Of a DNA stretch of 64,000 bases, positions 39,201 to 51,990 are shown one piece after another. A model generated the notes under the pieces. The model was not told where the DNA came from. It searched no databases and worked only from the letters and a program-made list of their open reading frames with translations. Both the position numbers and the translations under genes were made by a program. The stretch covers positions 173,203-237,202 of the forward strand of contig MU057654.1 in the NCBI GenBank assembly GCA_013265495.1. Direction: 5' to 3'. This DNA comes from Vicugna vicugna (taxonomy: Eukaryota). Positions within the stretch are counted from its first letter, which is position 1. Each line of letters begins with the position of its first letter.

Positions 39201-42200
39201 TGCTATGTACATGGATGTGCAAATATATCTTAGAGACTCTACTTTAAATTTTTTTGGAAATATACCCAGCAGTTATAGTTATGATGGTGAATAAGAGATA
39301 AAGAGAGGCATTGCATAATGATAAAAGGATCAGTCCACGACACAGACATAACGATCCTAAATTTGATGCACCAAACAACAGAGCCTCAAAGTACACAAAG
39401 CAAAAACCGATGGAGCTGAAAGGAGAAGTAGCCGGGTCCATGATTATATTTGGGGCCTTCAACACCCACTCTCCTCTTAGCAAGTGATCCAATTGCTAGA
39501 GAGAAAAATCAGCAAGGATATAGGAGATCTGAAAAACACAATAAACTGACAGAATCTACATGGTATAAATAGAACAATCCACCCAACAACAGCAGAGTAC
39601 AGTTGTTCCCCCTGAGGGTCTATGTAACATTCACCAAGTTAAACCATCTTCTGGACCGTCAACCTCAGTAAGTTCCAAAAGAATTGAAATCATACAGAGT
39701 ATGTTCCCTGGCCATGATGGAGTCAAATTAGAAGTCAGTAATAGAGAGAAAAAAGAAGAATCCCTAAACACTTGGAAATGGTACTTGACACATCATTCCA
39801 GGTTGTCGTTCAGACACTTGTTATAGAAGAACTGAGGTTAGGAAGAGTTGCCTCCTGAGCTGAAAGACGTTTCAGGCTGGTCCAAAAGAGAGTTCATTCT
39901 GGGCATTTCAAACAGTGTACTGCTGAGGGCAAGGCTGGAGAGAGGGAGACAGTTTAGGAGGCTATTACATCAGTCCTGCCTGACACTAATGCTTTTACTG
40001 CACTGTCAAAGGAAGGACAGCTTGCTGGTTGTTAGTGGAATCAGTCTGGTGACTGAATGGACTTGGGAAGCATGAGAGAGGTTGCTTCCCAAGTACTGGT
40101 GTGATTATTAGAAAGTCCTGAGAGGAGGCAAGATTCAGGTGCCTTCCTGGTGTATGACTGGTGTCCAGTCTAACCTGTGAATGCATATGCCTCTGTTCTT
40201 CATAAATCCTGCTCCATTGTTTTAAAGGGTTCAACACGGTTTTCCTCTTTCCTCTTCTCCTAATTCTTTCTCCTCCTCCTCCTGCTGCTCCCCCTTGATT
40301 CCTCCCCTGATAGTGCCTTCTATCTGCACAGGCAGAGAGTTTCCTTTCTGGGATTTGTGGGATTGGATCCTTAAGGTAGGTTGTGTGTGATTGGTCCCTT
40401 AGGGCAGGTTGGCACTTTGTTTTCCCTACCATCATGTTAGCCTAAGATGTGGTACATGGTAAGTGAACCACTGATGTGTCTTCAAATTTGTATTTTTGTT
40501 CCCCTTTCAGAATACAGTTATGGTAGTAGCTCATGTCAAGGAAGAAATGAAGGTTGGGGTTCTTTCCGAGGTAATTTTGGCAGGAGGAGCCCTCGTTATG
40601 AACGTGGTGGATGTGAGCCTCAGCCTTCACACCTCCAGGAGGAGGATGGAAACATGGTGATGGGGGATGTCCAGGAGGACCCCCAAGTGAGACAGTAAGT
40701 GACCAGGCAGCAGAGTTTGCATGCAGCAGCCCCTAGGACTGTGCAACCCTTTCACTCTCCATGCTCTTCTTTCTCTTCTCTCACTGGAAAACGGAAGTGT
40801 GCTAGAAGTGGAATAGAGGTTAAGTAATCCTAATCATAGTCCTGGTGTCAGAGAAGCAAGGCTGTACGGAAGACTTTCTTAGCATTTATGGCCACTCACC
40901 CTCCTTCTCTCCACATTCCCCTGCAGCACTCCGTATACCACCTACTGGAACAAGAGGAGAGTGAGATGTCATAGTGAAGGCTGCATCCGTGTTACTGTGT
41001 GGAGAGATAGAAAACCTCTGCAGAGAGAAATGAGAGAGAACGCACAAGATGGAACCCCAGGGAGCTGGTTCAAGATCACAGTGAGTGTCCTGAAAAATTT
41101 ATGGAATGTTTAGGAGAGAAAAGTCAGGGAGAATTGTGTTGGTCTCATGTAGAGACACTAGTTTATTTTCTGGGGACAGTTTATAATCTGTACTATATTG
41201 CTAAGAGTTATCAATCTTGTTCATCTAAGGGCAAATTCAAAGAAACAGTATAAAGAGAACACACTGACTATAAGGAGAACAGATTAGACTGTCTCAAGGC
41301 AAAGATGGAAACTACTGCCAAGGATATGGAGCAACTCCACACTGGAGGTCTCAGCTTGGCAAGCTGAGTGTGGGAGATGGGGTGTCGAGTCTCTGTAGAC
41401 CTTGTGTGAGGGACAGGCAGTGTCTGCACTAGGTAGGATCTCCTGGTACTTTAAGAAAGATCATCTCTAACACCTTGATAATTTCGAGGAGAGCTTTGTA
41501 TGGAGAGAAAGAGTGTTTAGTAAATCCATATTAGGCACAAACATAAGAAATCATGCCAGTGGTCCCTTCTTTAAAAGTCCTTTCAAGCTCAGTAGAAGGT
41601 CGGAAAAGAACATTGTGTTGGGTCTGTTCTCCAGTCTTAATTCTATGTTGTCTCGCTTCTTTCCCATCCCTGCTTTTCATCCTTAGATTCCTTATGGGAT
41701 AAATTATGACAAGATGTGGCTAATGAACTCAATCCAGAACCAATGCAGTGTCCCTTTCACTCCAGTGGATGTAAGAGAGGATGGTGAAGCCAGATGAGTG
41801 GGCAGAGGGAAGAGGGGGGATGGGGAGCCCACTGACGGGAAAGGCTTTGTCCTCTGAACTTATTGTTACCTCCCCATCCTGCAGTTCCACTATGTGAAAA
41901 ACCGGGCTCGGTTCTTTGTCCAGGGTGCTAGCACTGCCTCTGCATTGAAGGATGTCAGCTACAAGATTTGTGATGAGGAGAATGAAAAGGTGTGTGTCAG
42001 GGGCATTACCTGTACCTTATCCCAGGACAGGACAGTCCAGGGGCTGGTCCTCTTCTTTGGAACTAGAGTTCCTGGTACTAACCTTACCTCTTCTTCCTGC
42101 AGGTGGCTATCTTTGTCAGTCCCTCTACTGTTCCCTACTCTGTGCTGAATAAGTTGGAGCCAAAAGAAATGGAGCAGCTAAAGGTAGTGTAGACTCAAGG

Positions 42201-45200
42201 CATGCGGTGTGCCAACACTCAGACCCACCTCTTCTTCCTCCAGCCCCCAGTTCCCCTCGCCCCCAAATTTCCTGTCACCATCGCAGCTTCAGAGTGGCTC
42301 TCTCCATCTCTCTCTGCAGCTGACTTTGAACAAACGATATAATGTCTCCCAGCAAGCCCTTGACCTCCAGAATCTCCGCTTTGACCCAGGTATGGCTGAC
42401 AGCAGTAATTCTAGGACAGGGGAGGGCAGAGGGGTCTTCCTGGAGGGAGACTTAGGGAGGGTAACGTGTGTGGTGTGGGTGCTGGTTAGTGCTGGCCCCA
42501 GACCCCACTCAGCCTTCTGATTCACTTCCCTCGGCTTCCTGAAGACTTGGTGAGCCATGATATTGATATAATTCTGAATCGAAGAAACTGCATGGCTGCC
42601 ACCCTGCAGATCATCGAAAAGGATTTCCCTGAGGTGAGGCTGTAGGCCTAGTGCTGGTATTATGGTAAGGGGTGGAAGACATGGGGCGGAGGGCAGGTTG
42701 GTCTCCCAGGCCCTAGATAGTAACTGTCACTCTAACTTTTCTCCCCCCAAAGCTGTTGTCCTTGAACTTGAGCAGCAACAAACTGTACCGTCTGGATGGC
42801 CTGTCTGACATTATACAGATGGCCCCCACAGTCAAGATTCTGAACCTCTGCAAAAATGAGGTGAGAGGAGGGAGCCAGATCAAAGTTGGGTTGAGAGCTG
42901 GGGAGTCGTGGTCATCACAGTGATGACAGGAGGCTGGCGAAGGTACCTGTCAGGGAGGGTGGGGGTGGAGGTGCAGGATCTGGAAGTGTCTCTTTCCCTG
43001 GGATTCGTTTTCCAATTTCCTCCCCATATTTCTCAGCTGAAGTCAGCCTGGGAGTTGAGCAAGATGAAAGGGCTGGATCTCGAAGAGCTGTGGTTGCAAG
43101 GAAACCCACTGTGTGGCACCTTCCCAGACCACTCCACCTACGTAAGGTTGGTGATAACCACTGGCACCTTTCCGGGGACCTTTGCCCCCTTGGGAGCCTG
43201 AACTGCCCCTGAGAGCGCATGTGTGCAGGAAGGGACAACCCAGGTACTCGAGAAGGAGCACAGACCCCACCTTCTGCTCTCTCTGTGTCCCTCACATTTG
43301 AGGAGTGTCCTTCCTCTGACCTGCTCACCTCTTCAGGTGCTCTGGGGTCTGTTTCCAAACGCTGCACCCAGCATTCTCTACCAAGTCCTCCCAAGAGCGT
43401 GCTCCACAAAGTGGGACTCCCCCCGTCACCAGAACGGGGAGCCAGATGCTGATTCCCTGGCCTGAGAAGGGTCCTCCAGCTCAGGGTCTCAGGCTGAGAC
43501 AGGCTTTCCAACTCTATGCTGATATGGGGCTCCCCTCCCCCATTCTGAGAGAAGTCCTCTTTCCCTTCCTCCAAGACGGTCCTCCCTCCAACCCCAGGTT
43601 GACAAGGGGGCTTTCCTGCCACATACTCAGGGTAAAGCCCTGGTGGTTCCTGACATGACATCCGTTCCTCTGGCCCAACACCAGGAGCTGGGCCCTTCTT
43701 GTGGAAGAAGCAGGGTTCCTTGAGTCAAGGGGCCAGAAGTTTGTCACAGACAGTGAGCAGAGGGCTTCCCAAGGGGGAGTGGAAGGCAGAGGGCAGAGGA
43801 AGTAGAGGAGACAGAAAGAGAGGCCTCTCGGGGACACTTGCCCCTCCATCCCAACACACATCACATCATCTTGCCTGGTCCTTCAGAGGAGCCCTGGGCA
43901 GCCTGAGACAGATATGATTCCTCAGGTAAAGAACCAAGCAAGACAGGTGCAGGGACCATTGGGAGAGATGCTCGTGAGAGGGAGGCATAGACCCTCACTC
44001 AGCCCCACACTGAGCTGGGAGCTGACCCTTTACTCTTCTGGGGAAGGTCTGCCCCTGTGGCTGCTGTTTCCAACGCCCAGCTCAGACTGAGCTCACACAG
44101 GTGACAGAGACTCAACCAGCATCCAGCAGGCCCCCAGCCCAACATGTTGCATGGTTACCATCCCTACCATGGGTGCCTAGAAGAGGAAGGAAGCCCTGCA
44201 GGATGGATTTGAAATGCTGCTTTTGGGGTACTGGAGAAGAGAGTCAGCGTAGTCTAGGTGAGAGGTAACCCGGAGGTAGGGAAAGGAAGGGAGGATAGGA
44301 AGCAATACTAAAGTGAAGGTGTTGAGAGAGATGAGGAGACTGCCTTTCAGAGATTCAGATGACAGGTGCTTAGTGCTCAGCAGGGAGGTGGACCCAAAAC
44401 TCTTAAAATCAGAGGCTGAGGTGGGCAAAGGGGGCTGCTGGATGGGCCAGAACACACTGATGTCTGTTTATGGTGTCAGTGTTTTAACTCAAAAGAAGCG
44501 CTGCAACCTTGAACTATCAACCACCTGTCTCTGTATTTGGTTTTGGACAGTGCCATCAGAGAATGTTTCCCTAAGCTGTTACGCCTGGTAAGTGCTTATA
44601 TTCATCACTGTCTCTTACTAACTTGGTGACTTCTGCAGATGCCCTCAAGCTCTTTGGGTCTTGCCTAGATTACATGTTTGCATCAGACCCTTGTCCATTT
44701 TAGGGGACATGGATGCCTGAAAAAGACATGGATATACTCCCTGGAAAAACATCCATAAACACACACACACACACAACTAAAGTTGCATGTAACAGTAGAC
44801 ACTTCTAGGACCTCATGATGAAGACGCCCACTGTATATTGCCCATAGAATTTCCAGGGCTCTTTTGCACCTGACCTCTGACCCTCACCCTCCTGGGCCTG
44901 TCCTTTTCTGGGATCATCCAGGGCTGCCTCCCTAGTCCCCAATGCTGACTTCCTTTTCTTTTCCCCAGGATGGCAAGGAGTTACCCCCACCAATTATCAT
45001 TGACATTGACACTCCCTATGCAGTAAAGCCCTGCAAGGTGAGGAAGAAGAATCAAATAACATTTGCAGTGTTGCAAGGCAGGCTTTATCAGCCACATATC
45101 CTCGAATGCCTTTTGATTCCAGGAAAACTATAATGGATCTGAGATGCTGAAGAATCTGATCCTGACATTCCTGCAGCAGTAAGTACCCCTGGGACTATGA

Positions 45201-48200
45201 GAAACAGGGAATTCTGAGATGGCCCAGGCCACCCAAGAACCGTCCCTCACAGGGACTTCCAAGACTCACTTGGGTCGAGATCACACAGACAGCCTGTTTT
45301 CCTTGTTCCTTCTCAGGTATTACATGATCTACGACTCTGGAGACCGACATGGTCTCCTCAGTGCTTACCATCACAGGGCCTACTTCTCCCTGACCATTCC
45401 CTTCAACCCCGAGGACCCAGCTCCGTGAGTATCACAGCTCACACTCTGCTCCTGGGCCGTGTGGCTCCCCAGCAGACGCAGGGCAGCTCCTGTAAACCCC
45501 CACACTGGGGCCGGCCCACCTCCTCCTGCTTCTCTTTTTCTCCCAGGAGCAGCTTGCGGGAGTACTTCAAGGACAGCAGGAATATGAAGAAGCTCAAGGA
45601 CCCCTGTGAGTGTGTGATGGGGAGATGGAGCGGGAAAAGGGGCAGGAAGGGGTCAGTCCTAGAGCCCAGGGCATGGCAGCCCCTGACCTTCCCTCGCTTG
45701 TCCTCCCCCCACAGACCTGCGGGTCCAGCTGCTGAAACACACAAAACGTGACATTGTGCGCTCCCTCTGCCTGTTGCCCAAAACTCAGCATGACCTCAGC
45801 TCCTTCGTGGTGGACATGTGGCTCCACACGGTGAGCATCTGCTTCCATCTTGGGCAGGACCAGTTGCTGCAGGTGGGTAGGAGGTTTAGGTGGTGACTGA
45901 GCGCCTGGGCTCTTCCTTTTCAGGACACAATGCTCTGCTTCTCTGTCAACGGGGTGTTCAAGGAAGGTGAGTGTGTGTAGACCCCCCGTCCCCAGATGCC
46001 CCACTGCTCCGTCCCCCTGGCCGGGCTCCCTCTCAGCACCCTCCCAGCCACCCCGATCCCTCCCCTTCTCTTCCCGGCCCCTCTGTGTTCTCCAGCCCTC
46101 GCTCTTCCCACAAAGGACCCAGGTCTGACCTGCGTTCATGCCTGTCTGCCCCGCACACCCTGGGCGTTAGGGACACAGGCTGATCATCCCAGACCTATGA
46201 GATCCGGGGACCATTACTTAACCTCTCAGTTTCCTCATTTGCAGAATGAGGTATTAGCATCCATGTTTTGGGCAGCAGTGACAAATGCATCAATGAACTG
46301 GTGAAGTGGTTGTCACGGGCCCACGCACAGTAGAGGTCCTGTCCCTGGGATCAGATTGCTCCTATAGCTGCCCTCCACATTCCCAACACCCTGGCCCCCA
46401 GTGAGCACCTGTCCCCTCAGCATGAGTTTCCAGTCAGACTCTGTCTGCAGACCCCTGTATGAGCATGTAAAGCAGGTGGGGCTCTCGGGGGTACTAATGT
46501 TTGCTTTTTGTCATTGAAGTGGAAGGAAGGTCTCAGGGTTCTGTTCGTGCCTTCACCCGGACCTTCATCTCTATCCCTGCCAGCTATTCCAGGTGAGTGC
46601 CGTATCATGGGTGGGAACCCCTGTCCCAGCCTGGGCTCAGGGGTGTGGGAATGTGGTGGTGCCCACCTTAGGTTTTCTCAATACTGTGGAAAGCCAGCAG
46701 GTAGATCCAAGGAGCAGTCTAGCCTAGTGGTTAAGAAGGGCATGGGCTCTGGAACTGGAATGTGGCTTCTCTCCTTGGTCCCAGCACTCATTGGCTGTGT
46801 GACCTTGGTCAAGTCACGTGGCCTCTGTGCGACTCAGTGTCTTCCTATGACAGCGGGGATCAGACTGTCTACTCCTTGGGCTGTTGTAAAGGGTAAATGT
46901 GAAATCTTCCCTGGCTTCAAGATGAACCTATAAATCTAATGAAGCTGGTAGACACTTCCCAGAGGTGGGCTTTGTGGGGATATAGGAATCCAAAGATCCT
47001 CGGGGACAGACACAGGAAGGTTATGGGATGAATCTGGTGGCTGAGTGGCTTGTTGTTGAGGGTGTGGTGGGTGGTCCATCCGTCCAGTTGTCTGAGGGCT
47101 TATTTTTCTTTCAGTCTTTTCATTGTGAATGACGAGCTGTTTGTGAGGGACACCAGCCTTAATAAGACCCTGAGCACTTTCTCCATCTCAGTTCCCACAC
47201 CCTCTGCTAGTTCCATGCCCACGCTATCCCAGGAGCAGCAGCAAATGGTACAAGATTTCTCCACCCAGTCTGAGATGAACCTCCAGTGGTCTCAGAAGTG
47301 AGTATGGGGTGTGCATGGCGATAAGAGGAAGCTGGGAGACTGAGGGAGTGAATAATATGAACACACAGGCAATTTGAAAAAATAAGTATTTGGATATTTT
47401 ACTTCCAGAAAAAAGTAAGCTCATGAAAAATGTATCTTAATTTTATGATAATATATGCAAAGAATTTTAAAACAGTATCATGCTCAGATGACATAATCTT
47501 TTATATGAAAAATCCTAAGATATCCACTAAGAAACTATCTGAATAGATAAACAAGTTCAGCAAAGTTTCAGGCTACAAAATTGATACACAAAAATCATTT
47601 ATATTTCTATGCACTTACAGTGAATTATCCTACATCAGAATTAAGAAAAAATTTGATTTATAATAGCATCAGATGAATAAATACTTAGGAAGAAATGTAA
47701 CTAAAGAAGTGAAAAATTTATACTTTGAAATCTTCAAAACAGTGAATAAATTAAAAAAAACCTTAAAAAATGGAAGGACATTCTATGTTCATGGATAGGA
47801 AGGCTTAATATTGTTAAGATGGTAATAATATTCAGAGTGCGCTACACAGTCAACACCATATCTATTAAAACCCCAGCTGACTCCTTTCCAAAAATTGATG
47901 AGGTGATTCTAAAATTCACATGGAAATGCAGTGGACTCAGAATAGTCAGAACGATATTGAAAGGGAAGAGTAAAGTTGAGGATTCACAAGTCCTGATCCC
48001 CACAATTTCAAAACCTACTACAAAGGTACTGTAATCAAGACTACATGGCACTGACATTTGGATAGGCCAATGCAATAGAAGTGAGAGTCCAGAAATAAAC
48101 CCTGACATTTGTAGCCAATTGATTTTCAATGAGGTGCCAGAAAAAATAATGGAGGAAAAAATAATCTTTTTAACAAATGGTGCTGGGACTCTTGGGTATT

Positions 48201-49684
48201 CACGTGCAAAAAAATGAATTTTGACCCCATCACACACCATATACAAATATTGACACAAAATGGATCAAAGACCTGTAAGCTCTACAAAGTAGAATCTCTT
48301 AGAAGAAAACATAGGTGTTTATCTTCATGACCTTGAATTAAGCAATGGTTTCTTATAATGACACCAAAACACAAGCAACCAAAGAAACAAATAAATTGCA
48401 CTTCATCAAAAATAAAAGCTTTGTGCATCAAAGGATACTATCAAGAAAGTGAAAATACAACCCACAAAATGGGAGAAAATGTTTTCAAATCTCATATCTG
48501 TTAAGGTCTACTATCTGGAATACTGAAGGATTTTACAGCTCAACAGTCAAAAGATAAATACCCAATTGAAAAGTGGGGAAAGGATTTAAAAGACATTTCT
48601 CTAAAGATGATAAACAAATGACCAAAAAGCACACGAAAAAAGGCTCAACATCATTACCTATTAGGGAAATAAAAATTAAAACAGCTGTGAGATACCATTT
48701 CACACATACTAAGATGGCTTTAATCAATGAAATGAAAGATAAGCGTAGGTGAATATGTGGAGAAATTAGAACTCTCATATATTATAGGTATGAAGGTTCA
48801 GTGGAGCATTCACTTTGGAAAAAAATTTGGCAGTTCCTCAAAATATTATACATGGTGTTACCATATGACCAAGTAATCTCACTCCTAAGTATATACCAAG
48901 AGAAATAAAACGTATGTTCACTCTAAAACTTGTACAGGAATGTTCATAGCAGCATTATTCATAATAGCCAAGAAGTGGGAACAACCCAAATGTCCTTTAG
49001 CTGATGAATGGATAAATAAATCTAGTACATACATACAGTAGACTTATTCAGCCATTAAAAAATACAGTTCTGATATATGTCATGACATGGATGAACCTTG
49101 AAAACACTAAGTGAAAGAAGCCAGCCACAAAAGGTCGTGATGGTAAATAGTATTGTTTCTTAATTACCCTTTCTGCTATTTGAACATCTTTCTTGATCAG
49201 TATATATTCAGTTTCCTTGTTCTTTGGCACAGCTCTACTTTTCTGTTTTGAATTCTAGTGGGAATGAATGCTAGTGGTAGGTATTTTGGTTTTCACTGGG
49301 TCTTTCTTCGTCATTACACATAGTGCTCTTACTGGTACATGTGTCCCAGCAAGACAGTGGCATAGATTTAGCGGTGGAATTGCACGGTCAGCATGTCCGT
49401 ACTGTGGAACCAATGGAGATCACCTGTTCTTCTCCCACTGCAGGTGCCTTCAGGACAATGACTGGAACTACACCAGAGCTGGTCAGGTCTTCACTAAGTT
49501 CAAGGTGAGGTCTGGGAATCAGGTGGGTTAAAGATGAACATTTCTGAGCCTTCAGGAAAGCCAAGAAGGTGGAGGCCAGTGTCCTGGGGGTGAAACTCTG
49601 GGAACTGGCTCTTCTAATATCCTGACTCCTTCTCTCCAGGCCGAGGGCAAGATCCCAGAGGAGGCCTTCAAACAAATCCCCTAA
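33288..49684 (+). CDS. NXF2: Nuclear RNA export factor 2-like (RRM, LRR, NTF2-like, UBA/TAP-C domains), 634 aa, spliced
   Basis: Coding exons: 33288-33357, 40511-40694, 40927-41080, 41687-41770, 41885-41989, 42103-42183, 42320-42389, 42545-42633, 42753-42860, 43037-43146, 44551-44587, 44969-45037, 45123-45178, 45317-45424, 45547-45605, 45715-45830, 45924-45966, 46520-46592, 47115-47297, 49444-49504, 49640-49684. Total 1905 nt, all GT-AG, phases consistent, no internal stop. Peptides [48 protein letters not shown] and [13 protein letters not shown] match recalled NXF2. The first coding exon is less certain than the rest. Confidence 0.9.
34960..35990 (+). mobile_element. Highly decayed L1 ORF2 fragment (intronic)
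   Basis: A-rich, with motifs aagcattccattttaaatcagaa and ataccatttacaatagc. Confidence 0.55.
36440..37360. mobile_element. ERVL/MaLR internal-like fragment (intronic)
   Basis: actcagttcccacacttgacccag...ccaaagggacc resembles ERVL gag/pro remnants. Confidence 0.4.
38079..38183 (+). mobile_element. tRNA-Ala-derived SINE (camelid Vic-1-like)
   Basis: ggggagggtatagctcagtggtaga...ttagcatgcacgaggtcctggattcaatccccagtacctcca plus A-tail. TSD agccagacaca on both sides. Confidence 0.85.
38740..39780. mobile_element. L1 fragments (antisense 3' end 38740-39270; sense ORF2 endonuclease piece 39280-39780)
   Basis: L1 3'UTR motifs on the minus strand. HCIMIKGSV...[13 protein letters not shown] endonuclease segment on the plus strand. 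Confidence 0.7.
47480..49140 (+). mobile_element. Old L1 ORF2 3' half inside an NXF2 intron
   Basis: [22 protein letters not shown] sequence at ~47770 and further ORF2-end motifs. Confidence 0.8.
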
Positions 49685-49886
49685 AAGGAGCCCTTGGATG
49701 ACGTCTTTGTCTACATCCATGTCATCTTTGTTTCTCTCTTCTCCAGCCTCAGGCCACGCCCATGGCTGAGGTTGGAGGCCTGGCCAACTAAGAAGCCAAA
49801 GTTATCTTGTAGGCCAGGTAACATAACCACCTGAAGGGTCAGTTGTTCTGTGTATTTTCATACTCACGATTGCTGTTTATTTTCTT

Positions 49887-49892
49887 AATAAA
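49887..49892 (+). promoter_or_regulatory. Polyadenylation signal of the NXF2-like gene
   Basis: AATAAA ~200 nt after the stop, followed by GT-rich downstream sequence. Confidence 0.8.
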
Positions 49893-51990
49893 GAGTGATG
49901 TTGCATGTTGCATGCTGTGTGTCCTCCATCTCTCTTCCCTGCCTCAACAGTGAGCCAGTGGGTCCAGGACTAAAAGGCCCTGCCCTCCTCCCCCATCCCC
50001 ATTGACCCTGGCAGTCCCTAGCAGATGCATCGGGCTTGACTTCATAGGTAGTTTGTCAATAAATTCTAATGAGAAGGGCACACACTGCATCCAGGGATTG
50101 TTTTTTGGAGACAGTGTGGCTCAGTCAGATGTTCTACCTGGAGGCTCTCAGAAGCAGGCACCTGACGGGAACAACAGGGTCTTTGCAAGGGATGCCTACT
50201 GGCTGGTGAGGACTGTGGAAGAAAGGAAAGAAAATGGAAATGCACACATATTTTACTTCTTATTCCTCATCATTTGAATATTTCCAAAGGCCATACCATG
50301 AACAGTTTTAAAATTTACACACAGGTGAATGAGAAACAGGCCTTTTCACACCTCTAACCTTTCTTCCATAGGGCTTCTCATCCATCCACTGTACTGCTTC
50401 CTCCCCCTTTCTGAAGGTGCACTGTGGGAGGGATCTCACTCAAGCACCTGAGGGTGGGGGAGAGTCAGTCTGTCTGCCCATTCGTTTCTCATAGAGCTGA
50501 CACCATATGCTCCGTGTCCATATGCTTGAGGGGGTTCGGCTGTTTCATTTCACTTCCAAACAAACAACAGTAACGTGGAATCTCACATTATGGTCAGTTC
50601 TGTGCAACTTTCTCATCAACTGTCAACTAGCAGTTCAGAATTGGAGGCAAGAGTTGAAAGGGACACTTGCCCAACTTATTTTCTGCAGTTACATAGTGTT
50701 TGCACTTTAGACAACAAGCAAGTGTAATTTTTGAAATTAAAATAATAGCAGTACCAAATTGCAAGTTACAATTCTATAAATTATGACACAAGTGAGGTAC
50801 CACCAGTTTACAAATTATGCCTCCACTTTTGAGTCTTGCATAAATTATTTACTTTTCACTTCTTCATGTTCATTTACATAAGGGATACATATATTGGCTT
50901 GTGAATGCCTTTAAAAAATGAAATAAGGGGACACTTGCATAACAGAAGGAGTAATTCCATGTTATTCCACGTAGTGCCTCAATGATCAGAGACAAGTCTC
51001 AGCCTTCTCACCTAGAGAACAAAGACCGCAGTGCACACTTCTCAGACGTATCATGAGGAACAGAGGCAGTCTCATATGTAAGCAAATAATTGCACAATTT
51101 GTCTCAGCTCAGGCTCCCCAAGCTGTTTGAATTCCCTTGTGGACATGGAACATGGAACCCATCACATGGCCCCTCTACTTTCTCTTTACCATCAGGCTTC
51201 CACATCCTTGGCCTCCTTCCCTAGCCAGCTCAGATGCCACAGTCTTCCATTCACTTGTTCTGACAATTGCCCCAACTCAATTCCCTTGGTCTCATGATTC
51301 TGGGAAAATGCTAATCTTGAAGTCTGCCTCTTTTTCTCTCTCTCTCCCCCTCTCTTTCTTTCTGTCTGTCTCTCTCTCTCTATGTCTCCATGTGCAAGTT
51401 GTCATGCAGGACAAGTTCTTGGAAATATAAATGTTGAGGTGTAAAGCTTGTGCTTTTTAAAATTATTTCTAAAATTGTGAGGCAACAGGTACCCTCACAT
51501 TGTTTCTGATTATGGAAATTAGCATACCAATGTCTTAGTGTCATTTGGAGCAATTCATCATATGTGCATTCATAAATATGTATGTACACGCATTTTATAT
51601 AAATAGTATCATAATGCAGATACAGTTTTGTATCCATTTCATTTTTGTTGTCAAATGAATTGACATAAAACTGCTTATAATATTCACTTGATATGCATTA
51701 AGTTTCTGTAGGATATCTAGTAATGGCTTTCTTTTATTCTTGGCATTCTTAATTTGCTTGTTAATTGTGTGAAGTGTGAGGTGTGAAGGCTTATTAGGAT
51801 GGAAGACAGCAAATGGAAGTCCTGGCCAAGAGAGTCTACTCTTGTAGTGGCAGCTACTGGCAGCTACTCTGTTCATTTCCCTTGGCCCTGGCAAACTTTG
51901 CTTAAGGATAGGGTGTCAGGGAGGCTGGGGCTGTGGAATTCATATGGGACTGACTTCTCAAAGAGGCATTATTTCCAGTATGTAGCTTCT

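Noticed and set aside
42915..43864. 248-aa and 116-aa antisense ORFs in the NXF2 cassette intron
   Set aside because: GC-rich, stop-poor sequence with no recognisable domain; no support for coding.
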